Source of the DNA: a virus
IMG/VR virus record: IMGVR_UViG_3300043411_001118
Span: 39,808 to 103,807 of that record
DNA length: 64,000 nucleotides
Reading direction: 5' to 3' (one strand)
The notes beneath the pieces are model-generated. The model saw only the letters and a program-made list of their open reading frames with translations, had not been told where the DNA came from and searched no databases. Position numbers and translations under genes: made by a program. This document shows positions 18,160 to 26,781 of this stretch, piece by piece. How positions within the stretch are numbered: position 1 is the first letter of the stretch; each line of letters starts with the position of its first letter.

Positions 18160-18935
18160 TATCCAAACCTTTTCTGATAAGCATTAAAAAGCGAGAACTG
18201 TTTTTTCACCATAGATGCCCAAGATTTTGCTCGATTTTGGAGTGAGTGATCTCCCTCGATGAAAGTTGCGTAATATGCATTAATCAAATATGAAACGACA
18301 TCTGCTGAGTATGTGTCATCGGGAAGATTGTATTTTTTAATCGCCGCCTGTGATACATCCCAATATGCATTTATCCGCTTATCAATGTCATCAGGAAGAA
18401 TGAGTCGCGGAACATCATCCACCAAATAATCGATAAACCCATAAAATTTAGTAACTGGAACACCACTAAATTTCAGAACTATCCCCTGTACCCACGGCTG
18501 AAATTCTATGTCTTGAAAAATATATTTAGCACCATCCAACCCACGTCCACCTGTCTCATAATTAAGAGTTTTCCAAGGCGTTAGTTTTTGTCTGGAGTGT
18601 ATGAATTCGTGGATAAATGTTGATAGTAGGGTTTGTGCAGTTCTGGGCTTATTCCATATCGAATCGTGAACCGTAGGAACTCCCAAATAAATTTCATCTG
18701 GTGTCCTGAATTCTCCGTTAATTGATCCCGATATACGAAACACAACCTCCATTTGCGGCCCAAATTGTTTCGTTTCGTTTGAAAGTTGATCGGCCATTGA
18801 TACCAGATCAACATTACCCTTCGCCCCCATGTCACGAATATTTTTTGAAATAATTTCTTTGGACGATTGATAGAGTTTGTAAAACTTATCAATGAACGAT
18901 TCATTCAGAAACGATTTAAAGGAACGCCCTGACAT
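18159..18935 (-). CDS. Putative zincin metallopeptidase, head-internal protein
   Basis: IHEFIHSRQ ... QDIEFQPW; N-terminal SFKSFLNE. Confidence 0.65.
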   Translation of the reverse strand: MSGRSFKSFLNESFIDKFYKLYQSSKEIISKNIRDMGAKGNVDLVSMADQLSNETKQFGPQMEVVFRISGSINGEFRTPDEIYLGVPTVHDSIWNKPRTAQTLLSTFIHEFIHSRQKLTPWKTLNYETGGRGLDGAKYIFQDIEFQPWVQGIVLKFSGVPVTKFYGFIDYLVDDVPRLILPDDIDKRINAYWDVSQAAIKKYNLPDDTYSADVVSYLINAYYATFIEGDHSLQNRAKSWASMVKKQFSLFNAYQKRFG

Positions 18936-19729
18936 TATCCAAACCTTCTTCGATATATCTGAAACAATTTAAATTCTTTTTTAATAACCTTGATCCAAGA
19001 CGTTGCTCGACTTTTTAACTCATCATTACCAATTTGGAATGTCGTATTATATACATCTATTAAATTCGAAACTGCGTTTGTTGTTGATGGATCTTTAGGA
19101 ATATTAAATTTTTGTAAGATTTTTGAAGTAGCGACAACAATTTCAAATTGTCGTTGACTATCTGGACCCAAAAAAGAAAATTTCATTTCTGGAACTTCGG
19201 TTATTAGTGAATCGACAAACGCATTAAAATTTCCTTCGGGAACATCTATAAATCTTAAAATGGTTCCCTGTATCCACGGTTGAAATTCCAAATCTTGGAA
19301 CATATATTTGGCTTGTTTTAGTGAAGATCTGCCACGTTGAATATAGGATGATTTAAAATATTCCGCTGAAATTTCTTGCCGAGAATGAATGAACTCATGA
19401 ATTATGGTCGAAATCAATTTGGTTATTATATGTTCTTTTCTCCAAACAGGATCAACAAACATCGGAACATATAAATTTATTTTTTTATCGTCTGAAAAGT
19501 ATACTCCGGAGATTGAGATGTTATTTTTTCTATTTTGTATAAACTCAATTTCAATCTTATCTCCAAACCTAGAAAATTCCAAAGAAATTTTCCTCTCAAT
19601 TTTAGGAATGGCATCAGAAATTTTGTTGTTTGCTACTAGCTCATCATTCAAAATTTTTGTGATATTCTGGTAAACAGTATAGAACTTGTCCACGAACGAT
19701 TCATTTAGGAATGTCTTGAATGTTCGCAC
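18935..19729 (-). CDS. Putative zincin metallopeptidase, tandem paralog
   Basis: IHEFIHSRQ ... QDLEFQPW; N-terminal MRTFKTFLNE. Confidence 0.65.
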   Translation of the reverse strand: MRTFKTFLNESFVDKFYTVYQNITKILNDELVANNKISDAIPKIERKISLEFSRFGDKIEIEFIQNRKNNISISGVYFSDDKKINLYVPMFVDPVWRKEHIITKLISTIIHEFIHSRQEISAEYFKSSYIQRGRSSLKQAKYMFQDLEFQPWIQGTILRFIDVPEGNFNAFVDSLITEVPEMKFSFLGPDSQRQFEIVVATSKILQKFNIPKDPSTTNAVSNLIDVYNTTFQIGNDELKSRATSWIKVIKKEFKLFQIYRRRFG

Positions 19730-19737
19730 TGGACCAC

Positions 19738-20955
19738 TTATTTAAAATCTAATTTTTCGAACGCCTCATCGATTGACTCTTTTTTTAAGTCATCGGATTT
19801 TTTCTGAACATCTTTCTCTCGACGATCCGCTTCACGCTCTTGTTGTTTTTTCTTGAAGTCTTTCTCTCGCGCCTTTTCTAAATCGTAGGCTTGCTTATCC
19901 TTAATTCGATCAAGATCGTCTGTTTGTTTTTCTTTTGTTTTCTGAGCCTCTGTCTTATCGAGATCTGAACCTTCCTCTTGGATGTCTACAATATACTGAG
20001 TTGCTAAAAACTTAGTAGCACCCACTCGATCTCCATTAAACAAAACTTTTGGTGCTAATAGTGGTTGGTGCATATTTCCGGATTTAGTAATGATATACCG
20101 ACCATTTTCTTTACGAACAAAAATAGTTCCATTGACCGTATCTGCAACAGCAATTTCTTCATCACGATCAAGTATTTTAATATCTTCTTTTGCCGTTCTC
20201 AATCGAAGACCATCTATTTCTGATGGTGACAGACTGCCAGACTCGTACATAGATTTTTTGTTTTTAGGATCGTCTGGATCTGATCCATAAATTTTATCTG
20301 GATCTAGTTTGTATTTCTTTATTTCTTTATCAATACCAGCTTTAATTTGTTTTGCTAATGTTACGTTTCCGTGTTTTCTGGTTATTTTATAGTCAGAAAC
20401 CCAATGAGCTAAACCCTTTAATACACCATCAGGAACCGACTCATAAAGATTTCCTTCAATATAATTCTTTGCTAAGAAGCTTTTAGCCCCGCCCCTATCG
20501 CCATGAAACACCACTTGTTTTGGTTTATCTTTTGATTGAGTCGTAATGCGATACTGTCCATTAAAAATACTGATGCCCAGTGGTCCAATTTCCGTATCAA
20601 AAACCTGTGCATGTGGAGATTTGTTACGATTCTTTTGAAACTGGTTATCTGCAACTTGAAGATCTCGTTCGGCCTGATCTTGTCGGAGTTTTTCTGAAGA
20701 CTCTGTTATGGTGTCTTTCCCCTTGATCATATCAGTCAATTCTTTTTTGATTTTCTTAGCAACTTCCCCGCGCCATGAGGATGCATTGGAAAGAAATCCC
20801 GCAAGAATAGATGATGCACTGTCCATAATATACTTGTCTGACATCGAGTGAAGATCATACATAGCCTCAAGATATGGCTTAGCTGCAAAATTTACTGGCT
20901 TCCAGTTGGCTTTGATCTCATATGCGATTGTTGAAATTGGACGATTTTTTGCCAC
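19738..20955 (-). CDS. Modular putative head-internal protein
   Basis: Modules delimited by ITE/LYE/MYE/IQE; two homologous internal modules; charged helical tail. Confidence 0.6.
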   Translation of the reverse strand: MAKNRPISTIAYEIKANWKPVNFAAKPYLEAMYDLHSMSDKYIMDSASSILAGFLSNASSWRGEVAKKIKKELTDMIKGKDTITESSEKLRQDQAERDLQVADNQFQKNRNKSPHAQVFDTEIGPLGISIFNGQYRITTQSKDKPKQVVFHGDRGGAKSFLAKNYIEGNLYESVPDGVLKGLAHWVSDYKITRKHGNVTLAKQIKAGIDKEIKKYKLDPDKIYGSDPDDPKNKKSMYESGSLSPSEIDGLRLRTAKEDIKILDRDEEIAVADTVNGTIFVRKENGRYIITKSGNMHQPLLAPKVLFNGDRVGATKFLATQYIVDIQEEGSDLDKTEAQKTKEKQTDDLDRIKDKQAYDLEKAREKDFKKKQQEREADRREKDVQKKSDDLKKESIDEAFEKLDFK

Positions 20956-21183
20956 TTAATTGATCTCCTGCTGTGCTTTGATAATTGAACTAAGGAGTGT
21001 TGCTAAGACACCCTTTTTAAGAACCGTTTCGATATCCTTAAACTCATCTTTGGAAGCCAATTTTTCTAGCTCTCTAAGAGTTTCTACAATCTCTTTTTTA
21101 GCTCGACTCATAGAGACTGTTCCATATCCACTAACATGAATTTGTGGATCGATATCTTCACAAAGATTTTTTAAAGTTTTCAC
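20956..21183 (-). CDS. Small putative head-internal protein (start revised, MKTLKNLCE)
   Basis: GTG overlaps upstream TGA; CTS-like N-terminus. Confidence 0.6.
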   Translation of the reverse strand: MKTLKNLCEDIDPQIHVSGYGTVSMSRAKKEIVETLRELEKLASKDEFKDIETVLKKGVLATLLSSIIKAQQEIN

Positions 21184-21422
21184 TGAATCTCTTCCCAGTC
21201 TTCCCATTTCAACAGATCAATTTCTGCTGTCATGGTAAACTCTATATTCTTAAACCCTATTTCCTCAAGATCCTTTCTCAAGTCCTTAAGTATTTGGTTA
21301 TACTTCCGTTCTCGAATACTGAGTTTTCGGTCTAACTTATTTATTTCTTTTGACTTTAGAAGCTTTCGGCGATGACTTTTAGCCTTCTCAGTGTTTAACC
21401 TACGATATGGCTTTGGTCTCAT
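21180..21422 (-). CDS. Small basic hypothetical protein
   Basis: 80 aa; TAAATA 5 nt upstream of ATG. Confidence 0.6.
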   Translation of the reverse strand: MRPKPYRRLNTEKAKSHRRKLLKSKEINKLDRKLSIRERKYNQILKDLRKDLEEIGFKNIEFTMTAEIDLLKWEDWEEIQ

Positions 21423-21427
21423 AACGG

Positions 21428-21433
21428 TATTTA
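21428..21433 (-). promoter_or_regulatory. Late promoter (TAAATA) heading the internal-protein cassette
   Basis: Intergenic motif. Confidence 0.55.
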
Positions 21434-21485
21434 ATACAGAACAACCACATTTTACTGTATAGGAAACTATACACTTTCAGGAAAA

Positions 21486-22340
21486 TTAATAGTTCCTAAT
21501 GAGTAATTCTGATACCTTGGAACTGTTTGTTGGAGCGCCCATGGCCTGAGTAGAAGAAATTTTTTCGATATTAAATTTCTTATATAACGTATGAACCTCT
21601 TCAACATCAGATTGAGATAGTAACCATTTGGAACCTACTCGATCCAATCTTGTTAATAGCGCGGCCAATATTTTGTGTTCATCTGGACCAAACGAATCTT
21701 TGGTGTAAGATGTAAAGGATTCCTTGATGACTGGATAGTATGGTGGATCTATATAAACGAAATCTGATTTCCTCGTTACGCTTTCGCGCACTACTTCTTT
21801 GTAGTCCCGCAAATTAACATCAGCATTTTGAAGTGCATCAGATGCAGCCAGCATTTTATCTTTGCAAACAAAATCAACATCGACTTTTTTATTCCAAGGT
21901 GTGTTATAAAATCCTGAAGAATTGACTCTCCATAGACCATTAAATCCAGTCCGGTTAAGTGCTGCAAATCTAGCAGCGCGTTTTTCTGAGGATAATTTTT
22001 TATAACTATCTTCCCTGTCTAATTGTTGTAAAATTTTAAATGTCGCTTCTGGATTTTCATTATAAATTTTTTGATTATTTTCTAATTCTTCGATCAACTC
22101 TTCCGGATTATTTTTTAAGACTCGAAAAAAATTAATCAACTCTGGATTAGTGTCACTGATAATAGACGATAACTTGGTTTGTGTATCAGATTGTTTACTT
22201 TGAATGGCAAAGAACACACTGGCCCCACCACAAAATGGCTCGAAGTACCTCTCAAATTTTTCTGGTAATCGAGACATTATCTGAGGAAGTAGTTTTCTCT
22301 TTCCACCAACCCATTTAATTGGAGAAATAATGTTTTTCAT
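21486..22340 (-). CDS. dam: DNA adenine methyltransferase Dam
   Basis: KWVGGK, EPFCGG, FNGLWRVN..G.YN.P, IDPPY. Confidence 0.92.
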   Translation of the reverse strand: MKNIISPIKWVGGKRKLLPQIMSRLPEKFERYFEPFCGGASVFFAIQSKQSDTQTKLSSIISDTNPELINFFRVLKNNPEELIEELENNQKIYNENPEATFKILQQLDREDSYKKLSSEKRAARFAALNRTGFNGLWRVNSSGFYNTPWNKKVDVDFVCKDKMLAASDALQNADVNLRDYKEVVRESVTRKSDFVYIDPPYYPVIKESFTSYTKDSFGPDEHKILAALLTRLDRVGSKWLLSQSDVEEVHTLYKKFNIEKISSTQAMGAPTNSSKVSELLIRNY

Positions 22341-22552
22341 TGATCACCCTCATCTACTGAATCATCCATTTCAGATAATTTTTCCATGATAAATTCCATC
22401 GTATACTGCATTCCCAATTTAAAAATATCTCCAACTAAATTATTTTTAGACGGTTCATCACCAAGCGCATTTCCTATCAGCAAATCTTTTTTATTGGATA
22501 ATTCATCCATCAATGACCAGATGGCTAATGTGCTAATGTTTTTATATTTCAC
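22337..22552 (-). CDS. Hypothetical protein
   Basis: 71-aa coupled ORF with GGAGG RBS. Confidence 0.55.
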   Translation of the reverse strand: MKYKNISTLAIWSLMDELSNKKDLLIGNALGDEPSKNNLVGDIFKLGMQYTMEFIMEKLSEMDDSVDEGDQ

Positions 22553-22561
22553 AATTCCTCC

Positions 22562-23974
22562 CTAAAAAAATGGATCATCCTCTACTGTTTCTCTAACCTC
22601 TGCTCTGAGCCTCGTACCAGATTTTGTTTTGTCAAATGATGGTGTGTCATCCTTTTCTTTCTCTTTATTTTCTGGTTGATCTACATCATACAACGTCATT
22701 CGAGATCGGTCTACTCCAAGAGCAAATCTACGAACAGCCGAAACATCATTGTCCCGGAGCTTCATCACCTTAATGATATATTGGCCCATTGTTTCTAATT
22801 CTTCGGTTGTGATAATTCCGAACATTGTGTCTGTTACTTGAGGAAGTCCAAAGGACTCCGACACATCATCCAAATCCAAGTCTGGAGCATTCAATCCTCC
22901 ACGATTTGTTTGTGTTGCTGTAAAAACCGCTGTGTTTGTCTCGGAAGCCAGACCACGAATTTCACTTGCGATTGTTCGAACCGTCGAATACAGATCAGAG
23001 TTTTTTCCTAATTGCTCAATACTTCTCATTTCATTTAAGTAATCGATGACTATGATATCTGGAACAAATTTCTTTTTTAAAGCTAGCTCTGATACCAAAT
23101 GTTTAATGTGAAAAGCACTGATAGATTTTGCTGGATAGTCTTTAATAATCAAGCGTCCAGGAACGCGCCTTCTAACATCATTCATCTTTGAAATATATTC
23201 GGTGTGGTGCATGTTCTTAATTGTGTTTACTGGAACCGCGAACAAGTTAGCATCGATTCTTGATCGAACTTTATGTTCTGACATTTCAACCGAAACGTAG
23301 AGAACATTTTTTCCGTATGACACATATGAACTAGCGAAGTGACACAAAAATAATGACTTCCCTTTGTTTGGTGGTGCCATAAAAACATTCAGTGTTTTCC
23401 TGGTGAATCCTCCATCGGTGATTCGATTAAACATTTCCAAATTACATGCAAGCACATCTTCTTTATTTTGATAATTCAAATATGCTTGTTCGGATTCCTC
23501 GAAGTAATCGTGTCCAATTGATGGATCGAATGTTAGGGATAGTGCCTCCCGAAATAGTTCTGGAATCTTTCCCCTAGACAAATTCTTATTCTCTGATTCA
23601 CTCGCAATCTCTGCTGCCTGTAGTGTTGCATGTAAAAATGATTGATCTCGACACCATTTTTCTGCTCTATCGAGCATCCATTTAGGATCAATTTTTTTAG
23701 GATGTTCTAGAAATGGTACGTACTGCTTAATTTTTGCATAGTCATCCTCAGTCAATTCGGAACTTTCTGAGAAATTAATTAACACCATTTCGAGTGTTGG
23801 TGTTCCCTTATATTTTTGAATGAGTTTTGAGATGCATGTAAAAATTAATTTGTCTTGTCGTTCTTGAAAAAAATCTTCTTTTATGAATGGATACGCCGTG
23901 GAAATGAAACTGTCACTATGAAGTAACTGGTTTAAAATTAATATTTCAATTCGATCATCCGACATCGGAAACAT
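22562..23974 (-). CDS. gp41: Replicative DnaB-like helicase
   Basis: Walker A APPNKGKS, IDYL, TATQTNR, SESFGLP. Confidence 0.95.
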   Translation of the reverse strand: MFPMSDDRIEILILNQLLHSDSFISTAYPFIKEDFFQERQDKLIFTCISKLIQKYKGTPTLEMVLINFSESSELTEDDYAKIKQYVPFLEHPKKIDPKWMLDRAEKWCRDQSFLHATLQAAEIASESENKNLSRGKIPELFREALSLTFDPSIGHDYFEESEQAYLNYQNKEDVLACNLEMFNRITDGGFTRKTLNVFMAPPNKGKSLFLCHFASSYVSYGKNVLYVSVEMSEHKVRSRIDANLFAVPVNTIKNMHHTEYISKMNDVRRRVPGRLIIKDYPAKSISAFHIKHLVSELALKKKFVPDIIVIDYLNEMRSIEQLGKNSDLYSTVRTIASEIRGLASETNTAVFTATQTNRGGLNAPDLDLDDVSESFGLPQVTDTMFGIITTEELETMGQYIIKVMKLRDNDVSAVRRFALGVDRSRMTLYDVDQPENKEKEKDDTPSFDKTKSGTRLRAEVRETVEDDPFF

Positions 23975-24266
23975 CTATCATATTTAAAGTTTGGTGTTTA
24001 AGAATATCCAACACAACAGAATAAACTTGTTTTCGAATACTCAAAAGATCTAACTGCTTTGGGTTTTCAACAACTGTCATAGTAAAAGAAATTTCGAGTT
24101 CGTTTGTTAGACTTGCTCCGACATGAACGCCGTCTACATTTACTATGGTCCCGCGAAATCGTAAAGACGTTAATTGAATATAACTTTTGAACGGATTATC
24201 ACCAGCAACAAATTTATATCCAATAAGCCATTTACGAAACCATCGAAATATTCTTCGCTTTAGCAT
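23955..24266 (-). CDS. gp40-like protein (syntenic between uvsX and gp41)
   Basis: Synteny and ~100-aa beta-rich sequence. Confidence 0.45.
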   Translation of the reverse strand: MLKRRIFRWFRKWLIGYKFVAGDNPFKSYIQLTSLRFRGTIVNVDGVHVGASLTNELEISFTMTVVENPKQLDLLSIRKQVYSVVLDILKHQTLNMIDVSDVG

Positions 24267-25341
24267 TTTTTCGTGGTTCCTTTTTGATTTCTGTTTCTTC
24301 TACATGAGTTTCTGTCGGAGTCTTACTTCCATAAGTAAAAATTTTCTGGGCTGCGACATCGACCGCCTTTAGAATTTCTTCAGTAAAGTATTTCGCCGGA
24401 TTTTCTTCGATTTCTGATCTAGATGCGGATACACCGTTTGGCATCACAATAGACCGTCCATCGACAGTAAATGCTCCACCCTCTAGAGCGATATCCAAGA
24501 GTCCAGAATATTTTTCTAAGCCATTTAAAAACGTCATCGAGAGATCAACTTCTTTCCCCTCGACCGCCTTTCGACCCTTGATTAATTGGCATCGGATAAT
24601 GTTTCCAATCTGTTTTTTCTCTTCGTCCCTAGCTTTACTCTTTGATAAGTAAACAATTGAACTAGCGGAATATTTGAGCGCATTTCCACCCGACATATCG
24701 CGTTTAGGACCATACATTTCCATAGTTGCATGGGTATGGTTAGTCACGATCATCGTCACACCAAGTCTCCCGGTGGTCATAGTCAATGTTCTAAAGGCAC
24801 CCTTGATTAACTTGGCCTTTCGACCCATATCCCCTTTCAGTTCTCCCCCGACAGAATTTTTGATCTCATCGTTTGTGGCTAATTGTCCAAGGGAGTCTAG
24901 AACCATTAAAAGTGGTGGTCTATTTTCTTCTTCGACCTTCCCATACTCTTCTAAAAATTGCATTGTGCTAATATGAAATTCCTCAACCGTTCCAACCGAT
25001 GTCATTGAAATTCTAGTTAGATCGGTACATCTTGGTCTTAAAATATCCTCATCGATTGCATGTTCTGAATCATAGTATGCAACAATTCCCTCTGGATGCA
25101 TTTGCAAGAAATTTTCACATATGCCTAAAGTGATATAGCTCTTTCCGCAAGCCTCTGCCCCCGCAATCCCCGCAATTTTTCCACCAGGAATTCCGCGAAA
25201 AATCGACCCAGATACTAGGGCATTAAATGCGTAACATCCACTATCAATGTAGTAAGAAATATTTCCTTGCAATCCTTCAGACGCAATTGTTGTATATTCA
25301 TCATCCAGTTTTTTAAGTATTTTCTTTAGTACCGCTGACAT
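24232..25341 (-). CDS. uvsX: RecA-like recombinase
   Basis: GAEACGKS, YDSE, LDSLG, TNHT, SGG.ALKY. Confidence 0.95.
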   Translation of the reverse strand: MSAVLKKILKKLDDEYTTIASEGLQGNISYYIDSGCYAFNALVSGSIFRGIPGGKIAGIAGAEACGKSYITLGICENFLQMHPEGIVAYYDSEHAIDEDILRPRCTDLTRISMTSVGTVEEFHISTMQFLEEYGKVEEENRPPLLMVLDSLGQLATNDEIKNSVGGELKGDMGRKAKLIKGAFRTLTMTTGRLGVTMIVTNHTHATMEMYGPKRDMSGGNALKYSASSIVYLSKSKARDEEKKQIGNIIRCQLIKGRKAVEGKEVDLSMTFLNGLEKYSGLLDIALEGGAFTVDGRSIVMPNGVSASRSEIEENPAKYFTEEILKAVDVAAQKIFTYGSKTPTETHVEETEIKKEPRKNAKAKNISMVS

Positions 25342-25350
25342 GTTTCTCCT

Positions 25351-26481
25351 TTAATCGTATGAAATAAATTCGCTTAGTGTTCTAGTTCTCTCAACCTTCC
25401 AGCCGATAGAATCCAAAATCGTTTTTGTTGGTTTCAAGAATCCTCGTTCAAATAGTCTATCCCGATCTATGTAATCCTGTAAAAGAAACTCAGGTGGAAG
25501 CATTTCATTGTATGCAACGACAGCCTCAAATATTGGGTTTGGTTTTTTAAGGAAAACATACTTTCCCTTTGTTCCATCTACAATCGGTGGATACTTTAAT
25601 TCTACGCCCCTTTCCCTTAACTTTGCGTTGTAAATCAATGCAGCTTTAACCTGAACAGGAGACCCCTTAATAAAAATCTTATTTGGATCTGAATACTTTT
25701 TAAGGTTATTCATTCCGCATGGGATGGCGATATCGTCCAAGGACATTTTGGCAAAATCGTCCTTAAATGATTGAATGTAATCCATGACAGTTTCTTCATC
25801 TGTCTGCAATATAAGCTTGGTCAATTCTTTCAATTTCGGTCTGCATCCAACTGCTGTTGATGATCTAACGGAGTCAAGTCCAACAATCTTAATCTTTGGT
25901 TCTTTATACCGAACACCCTCAGAGTCATAGACACTCAATGCGTATCGTTTCTTTCTAGTCCAGAATCCTCGACTGGCCAAAATTTCTCGCTTCATAGAAA
26001 TTTTATTGGCATACACATTCATATATTCAGCTAGTCGATCAAAACAAGCATTGATGCATGGCTGCAATTGGTTCTTTGTGAACTGATCTAAAAATTCTAT
26101 TCGATCTTCTACCAGGGACGATTCGCAAGCCCCATCAACAACACTCTGCAAATTGATGTATGTAGAATCGGTGTCCATTCCGATTACATAATCTTTATCT
26201 TTGGTTTTGAGATATGAATTTAAATATTCATTGATATATTTCTCGACCCAACGAATGATGAATTGACCAGATACCGTGATTGCTTCTGCTAAACGTACAT
26301 CATAAAATCTAAAATATGAATTTCCACAAGCACCATACGCAGAATTCAACTGAGTTTTTTTGGTGTTCTGAATGATATTATATTTTACAATTTTATTTTT
26401 CGTCTCGTTATATAACGATTTCAACTCATCGTCTGTGAGATTGGACAATTCTTTCATATAAGAATTATATTCTAACTTCAA
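25351..26481 (-). CDS. gp43: Family B DNA polymerase, C-terminal half (gp43B)
   Basis: K..LNSAYG, DTDS, KKRY; alternative ATG at 26457. Confidence 0.95.
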   Translation of the reverse strand: MKLEYNSYMKELSNLTDDELKSLYNETKNKIVKYNIIQNTKKTQLNSAYGACGNSYFRFYDVRLAEAITVSGQFIIRWVEKYINEYLNSYLKTKDKDYVIGMDTDSTYINLQSVVDGACESSLVEDRIEFLDQFTKNQLQPCINACFDRLAEYMNVYANKISMKREILASRGFWTRKKRYALSVYDSEGVRYKEPKIKIVGLDSVRSSTAVGCRPKLKELTKLILQTDEETVMDYIQSFKDDFAKMSLDDIAIPCGMNNLKKYSDPNKIFIKGSPVQVKAALIYNAKLRERGVELKYPPIVDGTKGKYVFLKKPNPIFEAVVAYNEMLPPEFLLQDYIDRDRLFERGFLKPTKTILDSIGWKVERTRTLSEFISYD

Positions 26482-26508
26482 TTTTTCGTATAGGATACGC
26501 GCAATAGC

Positions 26509-26781
26509 CTAAGAATTCTGTATTCTTGGATCGACTCCAAGAGATTTTGCCCAAGGAACTAGTTTATCGTGAAAACATTTTGGACACATATCATAACTGA
26601 TAAATCTATATTTTTCTGAGTTTGGATCTTTGAAATCGAAGTTTGAAGAATTAATTTCGATGCTCTCGCTCGATGTTGCTTCATCACCACGAAGAATGAT
26701 CTCATTACAAAAATCGCAAGTGGTTTTCTCTAATTCTTCTATCTTATGTTCTGGTACTACAACGGTCCTATAATGATGCAT
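26509..26781 (-). CDS. Zinc-binding hypothetical protein between the polymerase halves
   Basis: CDFC ... DMCPKC. Confidence 0.65.
   Translation of the reverse strand: MHHYRTVVVPEHKIEELEKTTCDFCNEIILRGDEATSSESIEINSSNFDFKDPNSEKYRFISYDMCPKCFHDKLVPWAKSLGVDPRIQNS

Noticed and set aside
26482-26781. Group I intron or split intein in gp43
   Set aside because: No intein terminal motifs; the gap is almost filled by an ordinary small ORF, leaving no room for a ribozyme core
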